IMG/VR virus record: IMGVR_UViG_3300038345_000251
Location: 64,001 to 128,000 of that record
DNA: 64,000 bases
Source: a virus
Taxonomy: Duplodnaviria > Heunggongvirae > Uroviricota > Caudoviricetes
Reading direction: 5' to 3' (one strand)
Within the stretch, counting starts at the first letter, position 1. Every line of letters begins with the position of its first letter. The notes beneath the pieces were generated by a model. The model did no database searches. It was not told where the DNA came from and saw only the letters and a list, made by a program, of their open reading frames with translations. This document shows positions 41,532 through 50,065 of the stretch, piece after piece. A program made the translations under genes and the position numbers.

Positions 41532-42595
41532 CAATTTGTTAACTTATAGGCTCTTTATCCTATAATTCTGCATTTTTATTACTAAGTTATATATGCAGTT
41601 CAGACTATATCATCACTACTATTATTAGTAGGCAGGGCACTCGTGTTACCATTACTTCCCTCAGCATTATCTGTTTGGGGTCGGGTATTAGTCGTTGAAC
41701 CTTCGTAAATATTTCTATAAACGCTTGGCTGCTGATTGACCTCTTCAGGTTTTTCCAGCAATTCACCCTGTTTTACAACCTCTTGATGTAATATGTTTAA
41801 ATCTATTATTTCTTGATAAAATTTTTTTTGTTCATCATTACAAAGTGAAAAAAATACTTCTCTTGTAATTTTTCCAGTATGTAGTGCATTTATTAAAATA
41901 TTTCCAAACCATCTATGAATAAGCATATGTGTTTTTCTTGGTAAAACAACTAAGTTTTCAGGATTGTGGTTATTTTCATTAGCATCTTTATGATGTATGT
42001 CGTAACCTTTTGGTACTGATTTAACACCAAGTATATCTCTTGCTATTTTTCTGTATGGTTCTTTATATCTTTCATAATTTTTACTTTTAATTCCATTTTC
42101 TATTACATATCCACGATAGTTTGGGTTATTTTCTCCACAACGAGTTTGCTTTTGATATTCTCTAACACATTTTTGAGAACAACAAACTCTCCTTTTTGCA
42201 TGTGATGGTTTTACAAAAAAATGTTTTCCGCATATAGGACATATTTTTTCAACTCTTGTTGTGTTTAATTTTTGCCTATATTTTGTTAAGCATTCAACAG
42301 AACAACAAAGATATTTTTCTGCTCTACTTCTATAAACTTTTTCATGTTTCCCGCATTCAGCACAAACAACTTCAACCATATTTTCACCACTACCTCGTTT
42401 TGCAAATTCTTCAGGATGGAATTTTCTATATTCATTTAAACATTTCAAAGAACAAAATTTTCTTTTTGCATAATCTTTATCAAGAAAAACTTTTCCGCAA
42501 TTTTGACATGTGTATTCTATTATCATAATTTCTTTTTAATATAAATAGTATCACTAATCAAAAAATACGAGTGATTTAAAATATTTTTTTATTCA
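41532..42595 (-). mobile_element. group I intron in dUTPase, encoding an HNH endonuclease
   Basis: Core elements on the minus strand: P AATTGCTGGAAA (~41752-41763), Q AATCAGCAGCC (~41727-41737), R GTTCAACGACTA (41689-41700), S GATATAGTCTG (41601-41611); exon ends in U, intron ends in G, splice restores GTLDEFYRGE. Confidence 0.88.
41600..42526 (-). CDS. intron-encoded HNH homing endonuclease with zinc-finger repeats
   Basis: Three CxxCGK.F...(F/C)CS..C repeats; IHHKDANENNHNPENL...H...H; C-terminus runs through the ribozyme core. Confidence 0.85.
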   Translation of the reverse strand: MIIEYTCQNCGKVFLDKDYAKRKFCSLKCLNEYRKFHPEEFAKRGSGENMVEVVCAECGKHEKVYRSRAEKYLCCSVECLTKYRQKLNTTRVEKICPICGKHFFVKPSHAKRRVCCSQKCVREYQKQTRCGENNPNYRGYVIENGIKSKNYERYKEPYRKIARDILGVKSVPKGYDIHHKDANENNHNPENLVVLPRKTHMLIHRWFGNILINALHTGKITREVFFSLCNDEQKKFYQEIIDLNILHQEVVKQGELLEKPEEVNQQPSVYRNIYEGSTTNTRPQTDNAEGSNGNTSALPTNNSSDDIV

Positions 42596-42915
42596 AAGGT
42601 TCCTTCTGAATTAGCAAGAACCATTCCTGTTTTCCAAATACTGCTTCTTGGTCTAAAATCAATACTAATGACAATTGGTGAATTAACAAGGTCTATTTGT
42701 AAACCACCACCACATTTTACAGTATCATAATTTTCAAGAGTAATTTTATCTCTTACAATTTCATATGAAAAACCAAGTTTATATCTCCATACATTTGGAG
42801 CAACTTCTTCTTCATCAACAGCATACACATCATAACACAAATCACCTTCTTTAGATTTAACAGGTAACTGTGCGTTTTCGTTTAATTTTTTAAGTTTAAT
42901 CTTTATCGGTTTCAT
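42596..42915 (-). CDS. dut: dUTPase exon 1
   Basis: KLNENAQLP...GDLCYDVYA, RPRSS, NSEGT: motifs 1 and 2 and the start of motif 3. Confidence 0.9.
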
Positions 42916-42917
42916 AA

Positions 42918-43505
42918 TTATTTTTTATTTCTTTCTTTTTCAAAAGCATAAGCAAGTTCATTTGCTTGTCTAACAATTAACGAAAGTGTTGAATCAAACA
43001 TTTCACTTCCTGTTCCTTCACTTTTTTTGTCAATACAACGAATTGCTTCAAACTCTTCACCTGTAAGTTTTATTCCGTTGTTATTAGCATAAAGAATACT
43101 TCTTTCACCAAACTTAAGTTTACCTTCAAGGTCAGCAAATTTAAAATTAAATCCTCTTTTTTCAATTTCCCAACTATTATCATTAGGAATATACATTTCG
43201 ATTTTGGATAAATGCATAAGAAGAATCACTTTTACTAAACTCTTCCAATCAACTTGCAATACATTAAATGGTTCTGTAGAAACAATATTAAACAGTTTTT
43301 CAGCAAATGCCATTGTTATGTTTATGTGTGTGATTAAACCACCAGGATATGCAACACCTGAATCTTCACTAATTGCACCTGATGCTTGTTTAAGTTGTTC
43401 TTTTAATGTTTCTTCATCCAAATATTTATCAAGACTAACTTCGATTACTTTTTTCCAGAAACTGTTCCATGCAATTTCGTATTTCTTTTCACTTAATACT
43501 TTCAT
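42918..43505 (-). CDS. HD-domain-like phosphohydrolase (degenerate motif)
   Basis: AYPGGLITH, LLMHLSKI, GERS, QANEL; preceded by TATATTTG (43526-43533). Confidence 0.6.
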   Translation of the reverse strand: MKVLSEKKYEIAWNSFWKKVIEVSLDKYLDEETLKEQLKQASGAISEDSGVAYPGGLITHINITMAFAEKLFNIVSTEPFNVLQVDWKSLVKVILLMHLSKIEMYIPNDNSWEIEKRGFNFKFADLEGKLKFGERSILYANNNGIKLTGEEFEAIRCIDKKSEGTGSEMFDSTLSLIVRQANELAYAFEKERNKK

Positions 43506-43614
43506 AATTTTTTTTATTTTTTTTACAAATATATGAAAAAAAATCCAGAAAAAAAACCTATAAGCAAAAAATTACTTATAGGCTGAAAAAAAAATAGTTT
43601 AAACGGAAATGAAA

Positions 43615-44847
43615 TTATTTTTTAACAATTGATTTATACCATTCTGCACGTTTTTTAGTTACATTGTTAATGTCATATGTATCTTTGACGTGCTCATACA
43701 TATTATTTTGTAATAACGTTATTAATTCAGGATTTGCAACCAATTTTTTAATTGCCTTAGCCCAATCTTTATGTTTTTTACTTGGGTCAATTAAAATACA
43801 GTTACCTGTTTCATCTATTTCACCACCTTTCTTAAACAATGATTTACTACCAATAGTATAAGGACCAAAGTTAGAACAAATTACAGCTGTTTGTGTAAAT
43901 CCTGCTTCAATAAATTTAAGTTCTGATTTTACTTCATTAAATGAGTTTGTATCAAGTGGTGCAAGTAAAACATCAATATTTCTATAATGTTTAGCAAATT
44001 CAGTTACACCTAATGTCCATTGTCTTCTATAAGGTTCATTATCAACATTTGGCCATTGTGCGTTAGGTGTAAATTTCAAAAGGAATTCTTTATATTCGGG
44101 AGAAACAATTCGATATTCATCAGTAACGTTTCTTTCGTATTTATACCATACTGATTCCGTTGGTTCTATTTGCCTACTACCTGTAACATTACCATTTCTA
44201 TCTACCATATTAATTGTACCTCTTAAATCATAACCACAAAGTACAATTTGAATTTTATCAAGAATGTCTTTACCAAGTACATTAACAACACCTTTAAACT
44301 GTTCCATATCTCTTTCATGTGATGAACCCATTACAAAGCCAAAACGAATTCTATTTGAAGGGTTTTTAATGGGTTGATATTGTTCTTCATTTGGGTCAAT
44401 AGCATTTGGATAAACAAAACAGTTTTTATTCCATTTTCTAATTTTTTTAGCAAATATTTCAGTTGTTGTTGTCACATAATCAACCATTGTAAAGTTTTTA
44501 CAAATTTTTTCGCCTACTTTCATTGCACGGCTTGATGCAGCAAGTGGATGAAATTGACCAACATCCCAATTATCATCAATATCCATAACGGTTGTAATGT
44601 TATGTTCTTTAAAATATTCTAGTGCTTTCCAAAATGGGTTCATATCTCTAAATAACCCTTTATGAAAATGAATAATATCATATTTATCAAATGATTGCAA
44701 ATCTTCCCAGTTAGGAGTATAATTAATTTCTACATCAAATTCGTCACCAAAAAGTTCTTGTAATTTTGTATGTGGTGAAGTTGAACGATACAATCCAACA
44801 CCACTGTGGTCACTTGGGACAACTAATACTTTAATTTTTTCTTCCAT
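43615..44847 (-). CDS. glycosyltransferase (GT-B/GT4-like)
   Basis: GVGLYRS..P, MDIDDNW, LAPLDTNSFNEVKSELKFIEAG. Confidence 0.85.
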   Translation of the reverse strand: MEEKIKVLVVPSDHSGVGLYRSTSPHTKLQELFGDEFDVEINYTPNWEDLQSFDKYDIIHFHKGLFRDMNPFWKALEYFKEHNITTVMDIDDNWDVGQFHPLAASSRAMKVGEKICKNFTMVDYVTTTTEIFAKKIRKWNKNCFVYPNAIDPNEEQYQPIKNPSNRIRFGFVMGSSHERDMEQFKGVVNVLGKDILDKIQIVLCGYDLRGTINMVDRNGNVTGSRQIEPTESVWYKYERNVTDEYRIVSPEYKEFLLKFTPNAQWPNVDNEPYRRQWTLGVTEFAKHYRNIDVLLAPLDTNSFNEVKSELKFIEAGFTQTAVICSNFGPYTIGSKSLFKKGGEIDETGNCILIDPSKKHKDWAKAIKKLVANPELITLLQNNMYEHVKDTYDINNVTKKRAEWYKSIVKK

Positions 44848-44866
44848 ATTTTTTTAATTTTCTTTC

Positions 44867-44920
44867 AAAATAATAAATTGTATTAAAAAGTAAAGATTTT
44901 AATGATAATAAACTATTTAT
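44867..44920. repeat. 54-bp direct repeat, copy 2
   Basis: aaaataataaattgtattaaaaagtaaagattttaatgataataaactatttat. Confidence 0.9.
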
Positions 44921-44941
44921 TATATATAAAACTGTATATGT

Positions 44942-46093
44942 ATGGCAAAAAAGACGTTAATATTAACACAGAAACAATTAGATGAGATAGTTGGTGGCGA
45001 TATGTCATACTTTGACCATGATACCCATCTTGGTGATAACGATGTGGAGGATGGAAATAATGAAGTATATGCAGGTAAGCATAATTCCAAACCAGTTCCA
45101 TCTGATAAAATATCACGTAGATTAACAAGACAAACAGGGTATGGGCTTGGTAAAAAACTGCCATGTGCTGCTGTACCATATGTTGTTACGTGTAGTAAAG
45201 CAGATTGGAAAGAGAGAAATCTTGTAAATGAAGAAAATCAAGATTTAGTTAATCGTAAATTTAATAATGGAAAAGATTCATATACCAATACAACAACAAA
45301 AATTGGTAGAATGGAAGATGCTTTAGAACTTGCACAAAAAGGTATTGAAGGTGGTGCAGAAAGGTTTAATGATTTAGGTGGAGAAGAAGAGTATCGTAGA
45401 TTGAAAACACAGTATGGTGCAGCAAAAAACGCAAGTGCTTCACGTAAAGAAAGTCTTTCAAATATGGGTATTCAAGCTTATCAAAAACCAAACGGAACTA
45501 AAGAATATGGAAACGGAAAAGCACATACGCCAAAAAATAATCAAGTGATTACATATGAAAGTAAAATCACAGAAGCAAAATCAATAAAAAGTAAAAAGTT
45601 ATTTGACATCGTACAACAACATGGTGGTTTTTACAAAGAATCTTATTTAATGGGTAGAAAAAACAATCATGATATTAGAATGACAAATGCTGATTTACAT
45701 AATTTAACTGATGACCAAGTTATTGATGTTGTTGATTATTCACAAATAAAACCAACAATTGAAAATATAAGGAAAAATAAGTTATATGGTTTTGTTTCTG
45801 GTGATGATATTGATTATGTTCAGTTAATGGATGGTAAATATCTCTTATTATTAGTTAAAAATGCAAATCAATATAAAAGTAGAGAATACCAAAAAGGTGA
45901 TTTCCAAGATTTAGTTGATAAAAAAATTGAAAGAGATAAGAATAAACCATACAAAGGAAAACATAACGATAATTATCAATGGAAATCAACTGATGCACAA
46001 CATTATGTTTTCAACAATCCTCATTATAAAGATTGGGATGATGAAGCAAAAGAACAGATGAAAAATAAAATAAAAGATGATTATAAAAAATAA
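44942..46093 (+). CDS. putative head-internal protein with leader motif
   Basis: MAKKTLILTQKQLDEIV; internal LVNE and ITE sites; late motif at 44912. Confidence 0.6.
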   Translation: MAKKTLILTQKQLDEIVGGDMSYFDHDTHLGDNDVEDGNNEVYAGKHNSKPVPSDKISRRLTRQTGYGLGKKLPCAAVPYVVTCSKADWKERNLVNEENQDLVNRKFNNGKDSYTNTTTKIGRMEDALELAQKGIEGGAERFNDLGGEEEYRRLKTQYGAAKNASASRKESLSNMGIQAYQKPNGTKEYGNGKAHTPKNNQVITYESKITEAKSIKSKKLFDIVQQHGGFYKESYLMGRKNNHDIRMTNADLHNLTDDQVIDVVDYSQIKPTIENIRKNKLYGFVSGDDIDYVQLMDGKYLLLLVKNANQYKSREYQKGDFQDLVDKKIERDKNKPYKGKHNDNYQWKSTDAQHYVFNNPHYKDWDDEAKEQMKNKIKDDYKK

Positions 46094-46101
46094 CAAATAT
46101 T

Positions 46102-46500
46102 ATGGCTGAAAAAAATAAAAATCAATCATGTCTTGAAGTTAAAGGTATTGAAAGAAGACAAGAAGAACTTATCAGAAATGATTACTCAAAAAATGAGGAA
46201 TATAATGAAACACACCCTGATGCCATTAGTAATGGAGACCCTCTTGGTAAAGGTTCAGGTTATGGTGGACATACCCATTATGTTCCAGACTGTACAAAAC
46301 CAGAATCATTAATTGACTATAGTAATTTCGACACACATTCTGAAAACCTTGGTGGCTCATATGACATTAATGGTAGAAATGGTGTTGGTGGTAGAGAGTA
46401 TCTTAAAGCAATTAGTGTATATAATGAAGAAAATCAATACGGAATTAATTCTGTAGATACAACTTTAAACGTACAAGACGGACAAATTGTAGTTAGATAA
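46102..46500 (+). CDS. hypothetical Gly-rich late protein
   Basis: 132-aa ORF in the late operon. Confidence 0.6.
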   Translation: MAEKNKNQSCLEVKGIERRQEELIRNDYSKNEEYNETHPDAISNGDPLGKGSGYGGHTHYVPDCTKPESLIDYSNFDTHSENLGGSYDINGRNGVGGREYLKAISVYNEENQYGINSVDTTLNVQDGQIVVR

Positions 46501-47453
46501 TGAATCTTTTTGAGGAAATAGTACTTGAAAGCGAATTGCTTACTGAAAGTGTTTCAGTAAATAGTGTTGTTGACGCTATTACTGGAATGCATCCTGCTTG
46601 GATTACTTATGATGATGAACAGGGTGGTGGCGGTAAAGCGAGACGATTAATTTATCCTATTGCATATGGCGCAACAAGAACTAAAAACCCTGAAGATGCT
46701 AAACCTGTTATTAGAGCATTTGAACCTTCAGGTTCATCAAAAAGAGGGTTAACTAACCCACCAAACAATAGAAAATATCCAAGATGGAAATATTTCAGAC
46801 TTGATAGAATTAAATTCTGGAGAACGGTTAATTCAAAAAATTATGACCCAGAAAAAATGGATGGATATGACGATGATATTATAAACACTGAAGGTGATAA
46901 CAGTATGTCAGCTGTTTATGTAATTGCACCTATTGGTAATGCTAAAAAAATTAAACGTCAAGAATTCGAAAAGCCTGAATCACAAGAAACACCACAAACA
47001 ACAACTACATCATTTGAACCGAAACCAATTACAAAAGATGAAGTTGAAGGTATTGAAATTGAACCTGTTGAACAACCTGTTAGTAATGGAAGAAGACTTA
47101 CTGCTAAAGGTGCTGTTGATTCTATCATAAATTGGATTAAGAAGTACGGAAATAAAATTGGACAAGGTGTTAAAAATATTTTTGGTAAAAAACTTGAAAA
47201 TCAAACACAAAATACCAATAATAATACAGGTGATACTATTAATGCTCCAGATACACAACCAACAACCAAAGCTGAAGTTGGTACAAGTGTAAATGACAAC
47301 CTTAATAGTAACGAACAATTACCTGCACCTAACGATAAACCTGTTACCAAACAGGATGTTGATAATGAGGGTGAAGATAAAGAGTTAAAAGAAAACGTAC
47401 TTACAACATCATTTAAAGATATGATGAACAGAATGAATAATTTAGAAAAATAA
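46500..47453 (+). CDS. WYL-like domain protein with disordered C-terminus
   Basis: WITYDD...RRLIYPIAYG...IRAF...WKYFRLDRI. Confidence 0.6.
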   Translation: MNLFEEIVLESELLTESVSVNSVVDAITGMHPAWITYDDEQGGGGKARRLIYPIAYGATRTKNPEDAKPVIRAFEPSGSSKRGLTNPPNNRKYPRWKYFRLDRIKFWRTVNSKNYDPEKMDGYDDDIINTEGDNSMSAVYVIAPIGNAKKIKRQEFEKPESQETPQTTTTSFEPKPITKDEVEGIEIEPVEQPVSNGRRLTAKGAVDSIINWIKKYGNKIGQGVKNIFGKKLENQTQNTNNNTGDTINAPDTQPTTKAEVGTSVNDNLNSNEQLPAPNDKPVTKQDVDNEGEDKELKENVLTTSFKDMMNRMNNLEK

Positions 47454-47462
47454 TTTAAATAT

Positions 47463-48092
47463 ATGCCAATATCACAAGATAAACTTGCACAAATAATTAA
47501 CCATAATGCTAAAACTTTATGTAATCCAAAAGGACAAAGAAAGTTGAATGAAATGGCTGGTGCTTTACCAAAAGATGAAAATGGTATGGTTAGTGACCAA
47601 TGGGATAATTGGAACTTCGATGACCCTAATACACCACAACAGCCACAACAATTTGATACACAAATTAGTGAATCAAGAATTGCTAATTCAAGAATACCTG
47701 ACGCTATTAAACAGTCAATGTTGAATAATCCTATTAATCAAAGTGGCGCATTCGCTGGTGCACCTAGTGCTGATTTGTCATTTTTGAATAAACAACCAAT
47801 AAATGAACAACCAAATATTGTTCAACAAACAACAACAGCACCACAATATCAACCACAACAATATGCTACACCATATGTTCCACAAGCAGCACCTGCAATT
47901 GATTACAATTATTTAAAACACATCATTGGCGAATGTATTGCAGAGTATTTCGCTAAACAGCCAATAAATGAACAAGCAACTTTGAAATCTATTGGTTTAG
48001 CAGAAGGTAAAATTAAAATTGTTGATAACAAAGGAAATGTATATGGTGCTACACTTGAATTAAAAGGAAATCTAAATGATAAAAAGAAATAA
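47463..48092 (+). CDS. hypothetical Q/P-rich protein
   Basis: 209 aa; KQPINEQ occurs twice. Confidence 0.6.
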   Translation: MPISQDKLAQIINHNAKTLCNPKGQRKLNEMAGALPKDENGMVSDQWDNWNFDDPNTPQQPQQFDTQISESRIANSRIPDAIKQSMLNNPINQSGAFAGAPSADLSFLNKQPINEQPNIVQQTTTAPQYQPQQYATPYVPQAAPAIDYNYLKHIIGECIAEYFAKQPINEQATLKSIGLAEGKIKIVDNKGNVYGATLELKGNLNDKKK

Positions 48093-48110
48093 GCATTCAC
48101 TTTAAAGAAT

Positions 48111-48142
48111 AAAGCCGTAGGTGAAAATCTACGGCTTTTTTT
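48111..48142. terminator. bidirectional terminator
   Basis: aaagccgtag-gtgaaaat-ctacggcttttt. Confidence 0.75.
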
Positions 48143-49745
48143 ATATATTATTTGTTACTTGAAATTCTACTGCTTCTTCTACTTTATCACTCTTATTTGC
48201 CATTATATATTCTGAAGCATCAAGTATATCATACATATTACCAATTACTACATCAGGATATTCTTTTGAAATAAACAAGTTTGTCGAAGGGTCATATACA
48301 AGTATTTTTTCCAAAGCAGACGGTAATTTACCATCATCTTCAAATTTATCTATTTCATCAAGTGTTAAGTTGTTAAGAATTTCATCATAAACTTCTCTAA
48401 GTTTATCAATACCAAGTTCTTTTTCACGTGCCTTTCTTTCAATATAATCTGATTTAATCTTTTCCCAATCCATATCACATTCTTTCAAGAAAGGAATTTC
48501 CCATTCAGGATGTTCCATCCAGAACTTAATTTCCTTATCTTCCATCGTCATAAGTTGTTCAAAGGTATCTTGGTCTCCTTCTTTGTTTGGTTGTCCTGAA
48601 ACCAATACAGATTGCTCATCAGTGAAATATTGTCTATCCTTTGGATTAGTGATTAAAATTAAATCTCTAATGTCTTTTGAAAAACATACAAGTAATGGTG
48701 TAATACGTTTATTAAATTGTTCGATATATTTTTCTACATTATATTCTTTTCCTTCTTCACAGAAAAAGTCTTCATCTGATTCAATAATTTCTCTTGGAAG
48801 AAGTTCACAACATAAAATAATTTCAGTATTAATTGTAACTTCTTTGTGGTTCTTTTTCACCCAATCATCAAATGACAATTTCTTAATTGTACCGTTTTTA
48901 CCGTCTTCAGCAACTTTCCATTCTTTATCAAGTTTTGATTTGATATTTTTAACAGTACCATCTTCAAGTGTAACATTATAACTTGTTACACGTTTAACAT
49001 CTGAGTGAGATTTTTTTGTACCTGTATTAATAAAATACAATGTTTCACCTAAATCAACTTTTAAATTATGTTTCAAAGCAAGTTCCATCCAAGCCTGTCT
49101 TGATTTCTTATTACCTGCTTTTGTTACGGTTTCACAATCTTTAACATAATCTTCTATTGATTTCTTTACTTTACCTTTAGAAGCAATTTGTTTAAGAGGA
49201 ATTTGGTAATTATAAATCTTATTAATATAGTTATAATATTCTTCCAAAAATTCTTTACCTTTATTTTGAAGCAACAAACGAATGCCTGTATCTAAGAATT
49301 TTGAAATATATTCAGGCATTTTCTTTGATTTAACAGTATTGCCAACTAATTTAACATCTTTAGGATAAGGTTTTTCAGGGAAATAGTCAGCATAGTTTTT
49401 CCTACTAAAGTTAATTGTTGAAGTTACCACCTCATCAATACCCAAACCCATTTTGTTTACTGCTTTAGGTGCATAATGTTTGTCAGACATATATAAGTCG
49501 TTAAACTCAGCCACATCTGCTTCATATCTTGTATATTCTTTTCCTTCTTTTGTTTCACGTGACAATCCTTTACCAATATACGGATGTTCATCTGTATAAC
49601 GATATTGTGATTCTTCAGGTAACTTGAAGTTAAAACCATCGGTATTTGACAAAACGTTCATACCGAGAGCATTAACTACTGTTCCATCAAGTGATATGTC
49701 ATAAACATATTTATCAGTTTTATGTTTGTTTTTAATATTAATCAT
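48141..49745 (-). CDS. polB: DNA polymerase family B, C-terminal half, with N-terminal split-intein C-fragment (34 aa)
   Basis: YVYDISL (intein block F), VLSN|TDG (block G and catalytic TD), RKNYA, KLVG.TVKS. Confidence 0.9.
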   Translation of the reverse strand: MINIKNKHKTDKYVYDISLDGTVVNALGMNVLSNTDGFNFKLPEESQYRYTDEHPYIGKGLSRETKEGKEYTRYEADVAEFNDLYMSDKHYAPKAVNKMGLGIDEVVTSTINFSRKNYADYFPEKPYPKDVKLVGNTVKSKKMPEYISKFLDTGIRLLLQNKGKEFLEEYYNYINKIYNYQIPLKQIASKGKVKKSIEDYVKDCETVTKAGNKKSRQAWMELALKHNLKVDLGETLYFINTGTKKSHSDVKRVTSYNVTLEDGTVKNIKSKLDKEWKVAEDGKNGTIKKLSFDDWVKKNHKEVTINTEIILCCELLPREIIESDEDFFCEEGKEYNVEKYIEQFNKRITPLLVCFSKDIRDLILITNPKDRQYFTDEQSVLVSGQPNKEGDQDTFEQLMTMEDKEIKFWMEHPEWEIPFLKECDMDWEKIKSDYIERKAREKELGIDKLREVYDEILNNLTLDEIDKFEDDGKLPSALEKILVYDPSTNLFISKEYPDVVIGNMYDILDASEYIMANKSDKVEEAVEFQVTNNI

Positions 49746-50040
49746 TTCTATCTTTAATTAATCGTTCAATATCTTCAAGAAATTTTTTACTATTTCTATA
49801 TGCATGATGCATACTATAGAATTCTTCCAAAGTGTAATATCTTCCACATTTATATTCACACATCATTTGTTGTATATCATCTTCAACTTCTTCATAAAAG
49901 TCAATCATAAACATTCCGTCACTCCAAACACCTTCTCCTTTAGATAAACATTCATCAAATAAATCTATAAAATTAACAAGTTTTCCACTAAATCTGGAAT
50001 AAATTTTTTTCTTATTTAAAAGTTCTACAAGTTCGTTCAT
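49738..50040 (-). CDS. small hypothetical protein between the polymerase halves
   Basis: Likely start MNELVE at 50040 after TATATTTG (50054-50061); overlaps the start of the polB C-half. Confidence 0.6.
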   Translation of the reverse strand: MNELVELLNKKKIYSRFSGKLVNFIDLFDECLSKGEGVWSDGMFMIDFYEEVEDDIQQMMCEYKCGRYYTLEEFYSMHHAYRNSKKFLEDIERLIKDRND

Positions 50041-50065
50041 AATTTTTTTTTTACAAATATACAAA

